DNA of 37,183 nucleotides from Reclinomonas americana ATCC 50394. Taxonomy: Eukaryota. Below the pieces are notes generated by a model, which was not told the origin of the DNA, made no database searches, and saw only the letters and a list, made by a program, of their open reading frames with translations. The stretch covers positions 114,598-151,780 of the forward strand of contig PS015383.1 of NCBI GenBank assembly GCA_048213135.1, written 5' to 3'. Both the position numbers and the translations under genes were made by a program. Shown here in pieces: positions 14,301 to 29,559 of the stretch (the first letter of the stretch is position 1; each line of letters begins with the position of its first letter).

Positions 14301-14430
14301 ATGCGTGGGCTGAGAATGAAGAGTGCATGAATGTAGTATGATTGACACTAGAGTGTTTATACGGTGATTTCTTGGTTTGAGAGCGTCCTCCTCGTGCCAG
14401 CTGCATTGCAGCTGCGCGTGGACGGGGAGG

Positions 14431-17400
14431 TTACTTGACCAGTACATCGCTGACCGCATCGTTGACTTGCACCAGGCCCTCGTCGCCGAGTTGCAACAGA
14501 GCCTCGCGCAATTCACCGTGTGTGATTGGCTGAGCGGAGAGACAACGAGAAGAATTGAGTGACACAGAAGTGGGGATAAACAAGGCACACGCAGACGCAG
14601 ACGTACCCGATCGCGCTCCGCATTCAGATCCTGCTGCAGTTTCCAGAACTTGACCGTCTGTCCGCTGCGTGGAATGAGCATGGCTCGCAGTTCGGCAGCC
14701 AGCGCATCGACATTGGCACGGTCGGCGGCAGAGTGACCCGTAATCAGCTTGTCAATGTCGATGAGACCAGTGTCGGGGTCCATGGCTGCCTGGTGCAGCG
14801 CCACCTTGAGCAGCCTGCACACAAGAAACCGCAATGAGACAAGAGCGGAAGGATCGGTGCGCGAGAGTGCTCTTGCGCATCCACACCTGACGGCTTCCGC
14901 CACATCGATACGCTCGACCTGTTGCGAGAAGCGCATTCGTGCGTGAGCCTCGCTCAGGCGGATCAGCGACTCCAGTTGGCGTGGTGTCGCCGACACGGTG
15001 TGCCGAGAGTTGCCGACGCGTCGCAGATCTGTGACAATTAATGGTTGCTGTGAGTTGCCTCGCGATAGCTGGCAAACAACAGTGAGGAGAACGCACCCCG
15101 GTAAGCACTCTGCAAGTCTGCGCACGCCTCGTCGGTCAGCTGCGGGTGGACGTGCTTGCGAGCGTACGAAATGTAGCGCGTCAGCAATTCCATCTTTAGC
15201 AGGCGACCGCGGCTCGTGTGCCCGGGTGCTGCCGGTGCGTCGCCTGCAACAGCAACGGGGTGAGTGGCATGAGAGACTAGGGAAGAGTCGGCGCAAAAAC
15301 AAACCATCGGTGGCCTCGCGGGTGCTGTACAGCGACACAATGTGCCGTGCCAGTGCACGATCGCGTTCCTCGTCGGCCACATCCAACAGCAGGTAAATGA
15401 GATCGAAACGCGACAAAAGCGTCGGCGGCAGGTTCAGATTGTCGACCACCGACAGGCGACGATTGTAGCGCGAACCAATGGGATTGGCCGAGGCGATGAT
15501 GGAGGTGCGTGCATTCAGCGATGCCACGATGCCAGCCTTGGCAATGGACACGGTTTGTTGCTCCTGTGCACCCAATACAAATGTGAGGCACGCACGTTTG
15601 AACAATCCAGTGGAGGCCAGCACACTGACCATGGCTTCGTGGAGAATGGAGCGCGTGGCGTCGCTCATCTTGTCGAATTCGTCGATGCAACACACACCTC
15701 TGTCACTCAGCACCAGTGCGCCACTGCAGAAGCGACCATGAATCCACCCATACACTGCGGCGTGAGAACAATGCGCTTTCTCCCTGAGCGTACCTCTCCA
15801 GCACGGCCTCGCCCGAGTCCGGATCCTTGGTGACGTATGCAGTGAGACCGACAGCCGACGTACCCTTGCCACTGGTGTAGATTCCACGCGGCGCAATGCG
15901 ATGCTGTGGCGACGGAGGACAGCAGTGATTACTACGTGGTGTTGTGGCTCGGGAAGAAATGTGTTGTGTGCGCACCACAAATTGCAGGATTTGACTCTTG
16001 CTCACACCCGGATCGCCGACCATCAGCACATTGATTTCGCCACTGCACGCCTGCGCAGTGAGCGACACGGATGCACCCCCCAACGCCACCGACGGCGATC
16101 ATCCCCAGCACGTACCGGAAGCGAGTGTTACCGGCCGTCTTCAGCTCCTTGTTGGTGCCACCAAACAGCATGCACAGAATGCCTTTCTTCACATCGTCGA
16201 GTTCCCAAATGGACGGCGCTGAAGGGGGGAAAAGGAGAAAGACTGCTCAGCACAAGGACGAAAAACAGCGACTTCACACAAGTGACACGAACCAAATGAG
16301 CGCACAAGCGTGTCATAAATGTCGGGCGACTGCGCCAGGTCCTGCAGCTCACGCTCCTCATCGTTGGTGATGGTGTCGAGTGGATCACCCTCCTCAACAC
16401 TGCGGTGAGGAAAGAGTAAGCAAAAAATAGAGAGTTGAATGCCGACTGGAACGTGTGACGCAACGAGGTAAAGAATTCCGAGTCTTCTGGCACACGACGA
16501 TCCTCGACCGACATGGAGCGCTGATCCATCTTGCGGAAGTGGATGACATCGACGTACGTCCGGTACACCGACTTGATGGAGCGGTTGCGTGGGTTGGGAC
16601 GGATGGGCGCGGCACGGAAAATGCCGGTAGCTTCAACGCGATCACCCGGCTTCACGTAGTCGACCAGGTCGTCGAAGCACACCAGATTCACCGTGTGTGG
16701 CGTCTCGCCCTCCGGAATAGCCTCTGTGTGCAAGTAGAGAGACGAGGGGTTGGCGAACAACAACAACAACAACAACAGCAAGAGAAGCATGGACATGGGC
16801 ACCGGGGACGCACCAGGCGACTCTTGCAACTTGACGAGCTGCTTGTCGGTGTAGAAGCCTCGGTTGTGGACGATTCGCATCGACATTTTCGCGTGGCAAT
16901 GATTGCATCGTGTCGGCTCCTCGATGCGGCCGCGATCAATGGCCACTTCGAGTTGAAAGTGGCACGAGTCGCAGCGGAAGAAGGCGCTCTTGATGTCGGG
17001 AATGATGGAGGTGGAGCGGATGACCATTCCACGCACGGAAATTAACTGGTCAACTGTGCACGCCACAACCCGTGTCAAAAAATCCTCGCGACGACAGAGA
17101 GAAAGCACAGAACGAAAAATGCAACTGTCAGAGGGATTCAGGTCGCGCATGGCCTTGTACTCGCCACGTCGCAAGTTGAAGAGGCGGCACTGCGGCGGTC
17201 GTCGGTACTCGCCACCACCGGCCACATTCTCACTCAGGCGACTGAAGTACGCCGACAGTTCCATGTCGGCCACCGGAATCACCTGCCGATCCATCAGTAT
17301 GGTGGAAACGCAACGTCAAGCGAGAGCGACTCTCAAACCTCTTGCGGGTAGCGCACGAGCTGCAAGTAGAGGTTCGGATCAAATGCAAACACATTCTCAC

Positions 17401-18093
17401 AATCAATGTTGACAATGTGCTCCTCGGCCAGGAACAGCTGCTCCAGGTAGCGTGGATAGAAAGGATCCAGGTCGGCGGGTCGCGTAAACTCCTCAATGAA
17501 CTTGCGCAGGCGTCGCTGCAGCTCGTTCACGGAGACATTGGTGCCCCAGATGACCGCGCCGCCCTCTCGCACAGCCAACGAGTCGCTCTCCGACGCGGCC
17601 CCATCCTGCGACGACGGCACGTACAGGCGCTGACCGCCTCCGAGTTCCGCACGACCACCGAAACCACTGAAATGCGATCGGTTAAGGCGATGATGATGAT
17701 GATGGAGAGAGTGGGTGTGAGTGTGCATGGGGAAACGCACCGTTGACTGCGTGCACCCGAGTGTCGCGAGTCGGGCGTCGACTCGTTGGTGGCGCTGGCC
17801 AGCAGGCCGCGGCCACCAGCGCCGCCCCGAGCTCCATTGATGCGCGGAGACGACACGTGCGTCAGTGGTGTATCGCCCACCGTCAGGTCTGCATCGAGAA
17901 GGACACGCACACATGCACGCACGACGGACGAAGGAGAGCACAAGAGTGAGTGCGTGTGTGTGTGAAGAGTGCGAGTTGGCCATTGCACCCGCAAGCTGAG
18001 GCGTGTGCGTGTGGGTGTGCGTGTGTGGCATGCAGTCAACGCACCTGCGGGCACGTTGGGTGTCGTGCTGAAGCCATCTTCGGAAGACGCCAT
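14431..18093 (-). CDS. MCM4: DNA replication licensing factor MCM4, about 16 exons
   Basis: Disordered S/T-P N-terminus, then [26 protein letters not shown], zinc finger (C..C...C..C), [18 protein letters not shown], Walker [34 protein letters not shown], arginine finger LLSRFDL and [15 protein letters not shown]. Stop TAA at 14431-14433. Confidence 0.95.
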
Positions 18094-18501
18094 GCGCGCG
18101 GTCAACGACGGAGAAGGCAAGTGACGATGGACGATCGGAGGGACTGCGTCGACGTCGACATGCAAATGCATGCATCTTCGCTTCCGCGCGTGGGGATCGC
18201 GACGCTCTTCAACGCCGTGGAGCACACGACACATAGCGCACGGAAGGGGGTTCGTTGGCGCGTTGCGGTCGGTGACGAATCTCTGCATCTGCGACAACGT
18301 CGAGAGCGACTGCTGCATCGACATCGGGAAAAAAACGACAGGCCGGGCTCATTCCTCGCGCCGTGTACCTCGTCGCCACGCAGCATACTGTCTCTAGACT
18401 CCCTCTATACAACTCCCGCTGCGTTTTTATCAACACGAGCAGGTGTGGAGTGCAGCAGTCCTATATATCTGTCTTATCCGATTCGTGGAGAGCAAGCAAA
18501 C

Positions 18502-20387
<1,886 letters not shown>

Positions 20388-20510
20388 GCTGTCACGACAA
20401 CTTTTTCCCCTTTCGTTGTATTTCCGCCCCTTTCCATCTCTCTCTGTGTGAGTGCGCGCCCGACATGGTGCTGCACGTAAAAAAGAGTGATGGAGAGAGA
20501 CATTTCGATC

Positions 20511-23347
20511 TCACGCCACACGAGTGGCGTACTCCACAGTTCCGTACCAACTTGGCACCTGTGCACGAGTGAGACAGACAGGCAAGTGATGATGTGAGAC
20601 TCTTGCTGATCGCCGCAACTGAGATGCCGTCGGCCTGTCAGTTGAGTGAGGTGAGAAGAAAACGGAGAGGGGGAGCGATAAAAACAGCAAGCGACAGCGT
20701 GACTGCACCTTGCCGTTCGATCCCATGTGGAAGTGAACGTACGATCCGAGCGCGATTCCCATCCACTCCAGGCACGCGACTGCGTCGGCTTGCACGCGGA
20801 AACTGCGCAGCCGAATGATCATGAGTGAGACGAGATAGTCTGCAATCTGACCACTGCAGCACACGCAACGTATGCGGCGGCAGGCGAGATCCGTTGGGGG
20901 TGCCATTCTGCCATGAGAGCAGCAGGTTGCCCATGCTGCTCATGATCACCAGGTAGGCTGTCATTCGGTGGTGCGTGAGCGAGCCATGCCGAATTCACGT
21001 CGACCAATGCACGCACAGCGCAACTCTTGCCGTCCTTGACAACCGACGTCACCACCGCCTTGATGACGACTTGCCCGTTTTGAATGTACTCGTACGTTCC
21101 TGTCGAGACACGGGTCAGAGAAAGACAGGGAGTGCATCAGCACTTATGTGTGCGCGATACCAGTGTACACATCACAGCAGTTCGGAGGCAGGTTCGGTGC
21201 CTGGTGGGCAATCACATACGACTCCACCGCCGGCTGTGACCTCAAGCATTAGCACACTCGTTTTACGATCCAACGCAACGCTGCGCCACCACAAACCAAC
21301 AGTGCATCAAGAGCAGGCGCGGCAAAGAGCGAGCCGTCAGTGGGGAAGTTCACGAATGCGGCCACCGCGAGTTTGATGTCTGTCGGAGTGATGAGTGAGT
21401 GAGACTCTCGGCAGTCGGCAGTACATCGTTCAAGGCACACACACACGCACCTGGAACCAGAGCAACCGATGTAGCAAACACGCCAATCAGGCCACCCTTG
21501 GTCGGCACCCAGTGCTGCGCTCCATCGGCATCTTGTCAGTACAAAACACGATTCATCCCCCGTCACACACACACGCCTGCCCACCGATCGAGTGTAGACC
21601 GTCTCCCAGCCACCGTGACCAATCGCCGACATGCCGTTGCGATGATTGTATCGCGGCAGCATGTGCTGGTTCTTCAGCCGCTGTGACATGATCGATGGCG
21701 TGGCGCCCTCCGACTGCATGTAGAACTGGAGGAACTTTTGCTGCGCACGCGCAAACATCCATGGATGAGCAAGACGTATATGCAGGAGCTAGACAACCAC
21801 CACGCAAACAAAACCATATCGGTCATCGTCGTGTACATTTGACCAGCAGGAGCCGACCATCCCTGATGCCATCAACACAAAGTGAGAGAGACAACGACAC
21901 TCTCATTTTGCCAGCAAAAGAAGCAACTACAACGCAACGAGATCCATCGGTTGTGCGCCGTTGAGTGGTGGCATGCGTTTCTTCACGTTCGGGTCGCTGA
22001 CGTTGAAACCGGAACTTGTCATGCCGAGTGGCTGCAAAACGTACTTTTGCAGCAGCGTCTCGTATTGCTGGCCCATGGCAGCCTCGAGTGCGCGTCCCAG
22101 CAGCGAAAAGCCCAGATTCGAGTAATCGTCACGTGTGTTGCCTTTCGAGAGCGAGACAGTTGTGAGACAGATGGTACCAGGAGCGAATGTGGGGGTTTTC
22201 ACAGAACCAACCGGGATACATCAAGTACTCTTGTCGCAGAAGCGCCCACACTTGAGACGCCGTCTCGTTGCTGTGCGGACGAGAGACAAGTGAGACAGTA
22301 CATCGGGTGAGTGTCGACGACAAAAAAAGCGGAAGCGCAACAAAATCTGAGCAGCCTCGCGCTACTCGAGAGCACAAGTGGTGTGAGCAGCAACGATGTG
22401 ACAACACAAGAGCAAACACGGCATCAACGCACCGGCAGTCCCGACACCTGCGATGCCAGCTCGTCGAGTGTCGTGTCGACAGGGAGGCCCGAGAAGGGAT
22501 TGTTGATGGTAAACTCGGGCAGGTACTTGCGGACGGGGTCGTCGAGCTGCACGAATCCACGGTCGTGCAGCACTGTGGAAATGATGAACACAGTGAGCTG
22601 CAAGTTCTCTCCATCGCTACCATCCGCACCCACCATACAACAGTGTCGACGTGAACATCTTGGTGACGGATCCGATCTGGAAGACGGTGTCGGCAGTCGG
22701 TGCCACGCTGTCGGGCGTGTTGAAGCCGGCGAAGCGCGTCACCGCAGCACCCGAGTCGTCCACAGCAACCACGCCGAGCGCCACCTACCACAGAGTCGGA
22801 CGGAGAGGAGAGAAAGAGAAAGCAGGCCCCACACACGAACCGAGAACTGCCAGTTGACGCCTTGTTGATGCAGGTTGTTTGAAATCGTCTCCATCTCCGA
22901 CTGCACCGCCTGCTTGGCCGCCTGCCAGGCGGCGCTCACTTGCGGGTCGTTGAAATCCACTGTGGGATGTGCATCAAGCGGCGCCGGGCACGGGCCAGTG
23001 CCCACAAAGCGCTACAATGACAATCAAAACGATATGAGATCGGAGAATCAAAGTCATGCATGACATCCACACGCACCTTGGCGAATGGATTGTCGGGATC
23101 CGCCGCATTTCCGACCTCACGCACACGCTCCAAAGCCGCATTCATCACCACATCGTTCCCTACGCGTCCGCATGTGAGCGAGAGGAGACGCTGTGGAGGA
23201 GAGAGTGGAGAGAGTCACGAAACTCGCATCGAACTCATCCGCGAGTGGCGTTGATATCTGCTGATACAGGTGATGGGGCGCGCCCTCCACGCACAGCACA
23301 ACACTGCAGACAAGCAGCAGCAGCAGCAGTGGGAGCAGGGATCGCAT
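20511..23347 (-). CDS. Secreted serine beta-lactamase/PBP-like hydrolase (LACTBL1/AmpC-like family), about 14 exons
   Basis: Signal peptide MRSLLPLLLLLLVCSVVLCVEG; SxxK motif FQIGSVTKMF; LDDPVRKYLPEF; ELASQVSGLPRE; YxN motif YSNLGFSLLG; LQPLGM; DLGWSAPAGQMYTT; third-motif-like TKGG; ends VPSWYGTVEYATRVA*. Confidence 0.85.
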
Positions 23348-23472
23348 CGATGACTGAATGAGCTGGGACAGTCCAGGACAGTGCGAGCATGCGCGCGCAA
23401 TCTCCACTGTCACTCCAATTTGGGTGTGGGGGGTTTGCGTTGACACAGTAAGTGTGTGTGTGCGCGAGAGTG

Positions 23473-26180
23473 ATGTTGATCAAGGAGGATGACTTTCGCG
23501 AGGTGTACCAAACGATTCAAGTGAGCGTCAAGTCGGGTCGCGGCAGTGTGCTGATGGCTTGTGGAACGGATGCCGATGCTGTGTGCACAGCGCGCATTCT
23601 GACAGTGCGTGTTGTTTTCCCGCTCTCTCTCTCTTTGTCTCACACGCATGCACGCAGTGCTGCGTACTCATCTCTCTGTGTGTCACAGCACTTGTTTCGC
23701 ATGGATCACGTGGCGTATGAGGTGGTGCCAGTGGCGCGGTACAGTGATGTGCAGCGCGCGTATGCTGATTTCGTGCGCGCGTCGCGAGAGGTGTGTGGAG
23801 TGACGCACCAGCTTGGTGGTGTCTGTGCGCTCACTGTCAGTGTGTGTGCTGTGTGCAGCATCGGCACTTTATCATGATCAACTGCGGTGGGCTGGTGGAT
23901 CTTCGCTCCCTGTTCGGATCGTTGTCGCGGCGGCGGAGACAAGTCGGCGTTGGGAGGTTAGGCAGAGAGGGCGACGATGCAGACATGCGGTTTCGCGGGG
24001 CACGTGGGGGCCATGATGATGGTGTGGATAATGAGGATGATGCCGACGACGACGACGACGATGACGACGACGAAGAGGAGGATATGACAAAGATCGACGA
24101 CTCACCCGACACGGGGCCGCTGTTCTACATTTTCGACTCGCACCGGCCCATCAGTCTCGAGAACATTCAGCACCCACGAGTGCGTACCGCTGTCCTCCAG
24201 TGGAATGGCTGCAGCAGTTTGCTCACTGCGCTGGTGCAGGTCAAGATTTTTGAGATTGGCGACATTACGCACGAGGCGCAGCTGTTGCATCAGAACCTGG
24301 ACCAGGCCACGACGGCAGCCAAGGCAGCAGACGATTTTCTCGAGGGCGATGGCGACGGGGAATCGTCACGATTTGATGAGGAGGAGGACGACGACGACGA
24401 CGATGAAGATAGCGACAGTGATGACGATGACGATTTGGACGTGGCCAGTGGCATGTCGGGTCGGAGGAGACCGCGCAGTGCGTACTTGTCCACTCACTGT
24501 CCTTCCCTCACATATTGACCACTCGCTGCGCGCAGGTTCCGCCGGGAGCGATGTGGGTCCGCCCAGAAAACGGCGACGCAAGGACGACGCAGGTGGCCGT
24601 GTTTCACGACGCCGACTTTTGCGGCGAGCCCAGCGCCAGGTGCTCAAGGAGCACTATTCGGTTCGTTTTGACGCACAGGGGTAGCTGTTGTGCGTGTGTG
24701 CTGGCTGACGCGTGGAGCGTGCAGGGCATCACGTGGGGCATTCCGTCGTCGATGGTGGCCTTCTTGTTGAGCACGAAGCTGCAGCAGGCCACTTCCGACA
24801 TTCGCTGGTGGGCCATGGTGGGTCTCGCCGACCTCTTCACTCGCAACTGCTTCTCGGAGGAGCGGTATCGCGAGTTGTTTGCCGCCATGGCCGAGGAAAT
24901 CGCGGCGGCCGAAGGCGACGCTTCCTCGTTGCAAACCGACCGACTCATTCGCGACTCGCGGCTGACCTGTGGCATTGAGTTGCGTGCCGGATATCGCTTC
25001 TCCACGTATCTCTCTTCCTCCCCTCCCCTTCTCACACTCTCGACGGCAGGTATCGGTTCCCGCTGCTGCGTCACTGGTCGCTGTTCGACTCGATTGCACA
25101 CACGCCACACGTGATTGGCAAACTGAAAACGTGGACGGAGCGCGGAGTGCGCAAGCTGGAGGAAATGTTTGCCAAGCTCGGTATTCCGTTGTTGGACGCC
25201 AAGACATCAGTTGCGTGCTGCTGCGTCACGCGCCACCAAAAAAGTGATGCTCACGCGAGACTCGCAGTTTGGCAGCGTCCACCCGAAAGTGGTCCACACG
25301 CTGGAGGACAACACCGACCTCCTGGCGCAGGAGTTGGACATGAGGTCGTCGTCGCACACGCCGATTGGCCTGCCAATGTGCATGAAACCGTACGGCTACA
25401 CGCTGCGGCTGACCTGCACCGATATGGCCGAGGCGCTGGGGGCGATTTTCGAGTCGCCGCAAGCGTTGCCGCCGTCGTTGCGAGGCATGGTGCGCACACA
25501 GTCGTCGGTGTTGCTGGAGGAGCACATGCGTGTCGCCGCGTCGGCCTCGGGATCGATGTCGGACCATGCGAGCGAGGGCGCCGGTATGGCGGCGCTGCGC
25601 ATGGAGGTGCGCATGAAGGAGAACTTTTGGTTGGCCTACGATGCACTGGCGAGGTGAGTTGAAAAAACGAAAAAAGCGAGATCGACCGCCTCCTGATTGT
25701 GTGCTTGTGCGCAGCGAGCTTTCCGGTCGGCAGGGCATCCTGAGTTTCGGCGTCCAGCAAGCGGTGGCGCGCCGCGAGGCCGTGTTGCGGCAGGCTCTTG
25801 CGTTGTGGAAGCGCAAGATGATTTCCAATGTCGGCAACCTGCGCTACGCCCACATTGACCGCTCACCCGACCTGCCGTACCTGCTGCATCCGGGCACACT
25901 GTTTGCACTCTGTCACTTTGTGATGCACATGTTCCGTGGTGACGGCCGTCGTGCCAGACCGCTGGTGCTGGCCGCTCTGGACGAACAACGCGGCATTTGG
26001 CTGGTGGTCGGCACGCCAGCACTCGGCACCACATCGCGCAACACCTTTGGCAACGTATTCCGGAGAGCCGCCAAACGCAGCCGCGCTCGCGTGCATCACA
26101 CGATGTTCAACAAGGCGTGCATCGAGGTGCACACGGACGACTTTGCCAGCTTCTGGGACACGTTGGCTGGTGGGGAATGA
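23473..26180 (+). CDS. CDC45: Cell division control protein 45 (CMG helicase component); 9 exons
   Basis: DADAVCTARILT, YEVVPV, MINCGG.VDL, FYIFDSHRP..LENI, acidic insertions, WWAMVGL, EYRFPLLRHWSLFDS, LKTWTERG.RKL.EMFAKLGIPL, NFW.AYDAL, NTFG..F, ..IEV..DD...F. Confidence 0.95.
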
Positions 26181-26450
26181 AATCGAGCAATCCAATCGTC
26201 ACTGCTGGCTGACAAGACACACATTCACTTCCCACGAAACGACCGAGGCGCAAAAGAGAAGAGCGATAGAGAGACAGAGAGACAAAGACAAAGAGCAGCA
26301 AGGGTGGTATGCATGCACAATGTGAGAAAAAATCGGAAGATAACGGATCACAGCCATCGTCAAGGATTGCCGTGGTCACAAGAGGAGGAGATAGAAAGAC
26401 AACAAGCAACTGTCGGAGACACACTCATTCACCGTTCGCAGCGGCGCAAG

Positions 26451-27688
26451 TTAACCAGTCGCAAACTTGACAGCCAGCACCAACACGAGGACGGCGCAAG
26501 CAATCTTCCACAGCATGTCGTTGGAGGCAGCGGAAGCATCTGCACACGTTGCAAAAAAAAGCGGTCAGCGAGAGACATGATTGTGTGCGCGCGCGCGAGA
26601 CAAAGTCATTTCACCCGCACCGCCAGCATGTCCGCCCTTCTTCTTCTTCTTGCCCTCGCCACTCGGCTGTCCGTCGGCCTCACCGGCGGCGGCCGACGGC
26701 TTGCCACCCGACGCAATAACGCGAGCCTCCTTCAGCTCGCGGCGCAGCTGCTCGACCAGACGGCGCTCCTCCTTGCGCTCAACAGCCACAGCAGCAATCT
26801 GTACATGCATGAGTCTCATGGTTAGATCTACCACCCACGTCCGCCCGCAATGGTGGTGACGGCAGCGCACCTGTTGGGCGGCCTCCTCCTCAGCCGCAGC
26901 AGCACGCTGCTCCAGCGACTGCACTTGGCTGCGCAGGCGATCGCGTTCCTTCTGGAACTGGCTTTGACTGCAGCGGTGCGATTGTGTTGGTGAACAAAAC
27001 AACGTGGGGATCAACAGACGGCACAGTAGCGCGCACGCGACGAAACTCAGTACGCAGTTTCGCCGTTTGCTCCTCAATGCTCGCCGCACGCTTTGTCAGC
27101 GCCTTGGTCTCCTTCTCGTAGTGACGCTTCTGCTGCTCGGCCTCGTCCAAGCTACTCGGCACACACACACACACACACATCCCTCCCATGAGATTCGAAG
27201 GAGGGGTGGGAGTGATGAAAGAAAAAGGAATGCACGCACCGGCCCTGCAGAGTGGCATCAAACGAGCTGCGGTACTCGGCAAATGCCGCCTTCTCCTCGG
27301 CAAACTTCTTGTTGGTGGCGTCGAGCTCGGCATCGCGTGCCCTCAACTGGCGCTCCTTCTTCTGGATGGTATCCAGAGCCGCTTGGTACTGCTGGTACTG
27401 CTGCTGCAGGCTGTTGCGGGTGGTTTCCAACTCGTCACGCTGCTTGTTGTACGCAGTCACTTGCGTGTCCAACTCGCGAGACCGTGCCGCGTGGGCATTG
27501 TGCAGAGCCTGCACCTCCGCCTTTTGTTGCTCCAGGCCGCGCTGCACGTCGAGTGGATCACGTCAGCACTGCAGCGCACATTGCGCACATACTCATGGTG
27601 ATCTCTCACCTGCAACTCGATTTGCTGGCGTCGCAACTGCTCCAACTTGGCCTCCTCGGCCTTGAGCTGGCACACACAAATAATCAAT

Positions 27689-27723
<35 letters not shown>

Positions 27724-28699
27724 CTCTCTCTCACTCTCTTAGCGGGCACGTGCTTCTCTCCCTCTCTCCCTCCTCACCTCCTTCTGGCGACCGGCAATGG
27801 CGGCCACCTGCTGGCGCAGCTGATCCTCGCGACCGGCCAAATCACGCTCCTTGTCGACCAGCTCCTTCTGGCGGGCGTTCAAGTTCTCGGCACGACGTGC
27901 CAGCGCTTCCTCGCGACCCTGCAGCTCGCGGGCAATCTCAGCCGCCTGGGCCGCACCGGCAGCCGCACGACCACGCTCCTCGGCCTGCGCGGCGTGAGCC
28001 TGCGCCTGGGNNNNNNNNNNNNNNNNNNNNCGTGGCGCTGGCACTCGGCGAGTCGCCCTATTGGGAGGCAGGCAGAGCGCGTGAGCGTCGGGAGGTGAGG
28101 GGCAAACTGCACACGCGTGTGAACACTTACCGAGTTGAGCGTCCGGCGCATGCTGAGCAGCAACTGACGGGTGGCCGTGATGCTGTCCTTCATGCTGGAA
28201 ATCTGATGGCCGGGGGGAGAAGGAGGTGGAAGGGGAAGGAGGTGGCAAGGAAGGAGAAGGAGAAGAAAGAGATGTGAGTTGCATGCATGACAGTTGCAGC
28301 GGAAAATGACGCGAGACCTTGGTGTCGGACGGTGATGAGGGTGCCGCCGGGGGCTCTCCATTGGATCCTGCACACACACGTGTTGGTGAGAGAAGAAGTA
28401 GAGAATGACGGGAGCTGTGAATATGCACAACAGCAAAGCACGGACAAGTGCATACGGAAGAGCAGACACGCGTGCATGCATGCAGCGCAGCGGAGGAGAT
28501 GGAGGAGCAGCACGCAGACGGTGACACACACAGAGAGAGAGAGAGAAGGCGGAGAGGGCGCACGACAAACGCCATGCCCATGTCGCGTGCACGCAACACG
28601 CACGCTGCAACACATACACACACGCATGCATGCACGCGTGTGCAGCCGTGTGCATCTTCTCTCCGTGCGTGATTCTGCGCACAACTCACCGTCGCTCAT
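26451..28699 (-). CDS. Long coiled-coil protein with a C-terminal transmembrane anchor (golgin-like topology)
   Basis: Exon 1 is ATGAGCGACG|gtgagt. Spliced exons are E/Q/K/R/A-rich heptads (ARELQGREEALARRAENLNARQKELVDKERDL...). The last exon reads DMLWKIACAVLVLVLAVKFATG-TAA(26451). A 20-N gap lies at 28011-28030. Confidence 0.7.
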
Positions 28700-28789
28700 G
28701 ATGTCAGAGTGAGTGTGTGATTGCAAAGAAATTTCAAGTCACACTCACACACACTCACACAACAGCTTGCTGCAACCCTTAGAGAGAAG

Positions 28790-29360
28790 CATGGCATCAG
28801 GATCATCAGGTGAGCGTGAGTGAGCAAAGTGTGTGTCTGTGTGAGCGAGGAGTGAGAGCATAAGAGTCTATATCTGTGTGTCGTTGTTGTTGTTGTCGTG
28901 CGTGTGCAGTGGCGAGTGCAGTGGCGTGTGTGTGCGTGCATGAGGACAGTGTGTGTATGTGTGTGCGTGCGTGTGTGTGTGTGTAGAGCGAGAGGGAGAA
29001 AGGGAGAGAGAAAGCGTGTGGAGACATGTCTCACTTACTCATTTTGCCTTTGTGTGTGTGCGTGCGTGTGTGTGCGTGCGTGCAGACGTGGCAGTGGACA
29101 CGAGTCGCACACATCCGCTGGAGCACCACTGGACATTGTGGTACGACAAGGTTTGTTGTGTGTTGTTGTTTTGGGCTCTTTGTCTCTGGGTGTTGTCTCA
29201 CGTGTGCGTGGTGGTGCAGCGTGAGGGTCGGGCGACAGACACAACGTACGGCGATCAGTTCAAGAATGTGATTACGGTGACGACGGTGGAGGAGTTTTGG
29301 AGTGTGTTCAACAGCCTGATTCAGCCGTCTGAGTTGGTACCCGGTCACTCGGTGTTCATG
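28790..29360 (+). CDS. EIF4E: eIF4E-family cap-binding protein, 5' part only; remainder presumably in or after the gap at 30402-31297
   Basis: Exons 28790-28809, 29086-29150 and 29220-29360 give MASGSSDVAVDTSRTHPLEHHWTLWYDK...YGDQFKNVITVTTVEEFWSVFNSLIQPSEL, containing the eIF4E motifs HPL...WTLWY and TVEEFW. Confidence 0.85.
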
Positions 29361-29559
29361 GTGAGGGCAAAGGAGGGAAGGGGAAGGGGCAAGGGAGAGG
29401 GTGTGGGAAGGGAAGGAGAGTGTGCAAGCCTCACTCTGTTAATGCTCACTTTCTCCGTGCGCATTGAAAGCGTGCTTCTCTTGTCTGCCCTCTTGCTGCA
29501 TGGCGAGCTTGGTCTTTTCGTGCACTGCCTGTGCGTGACCTTCGCTGCTTGACGCTTGT

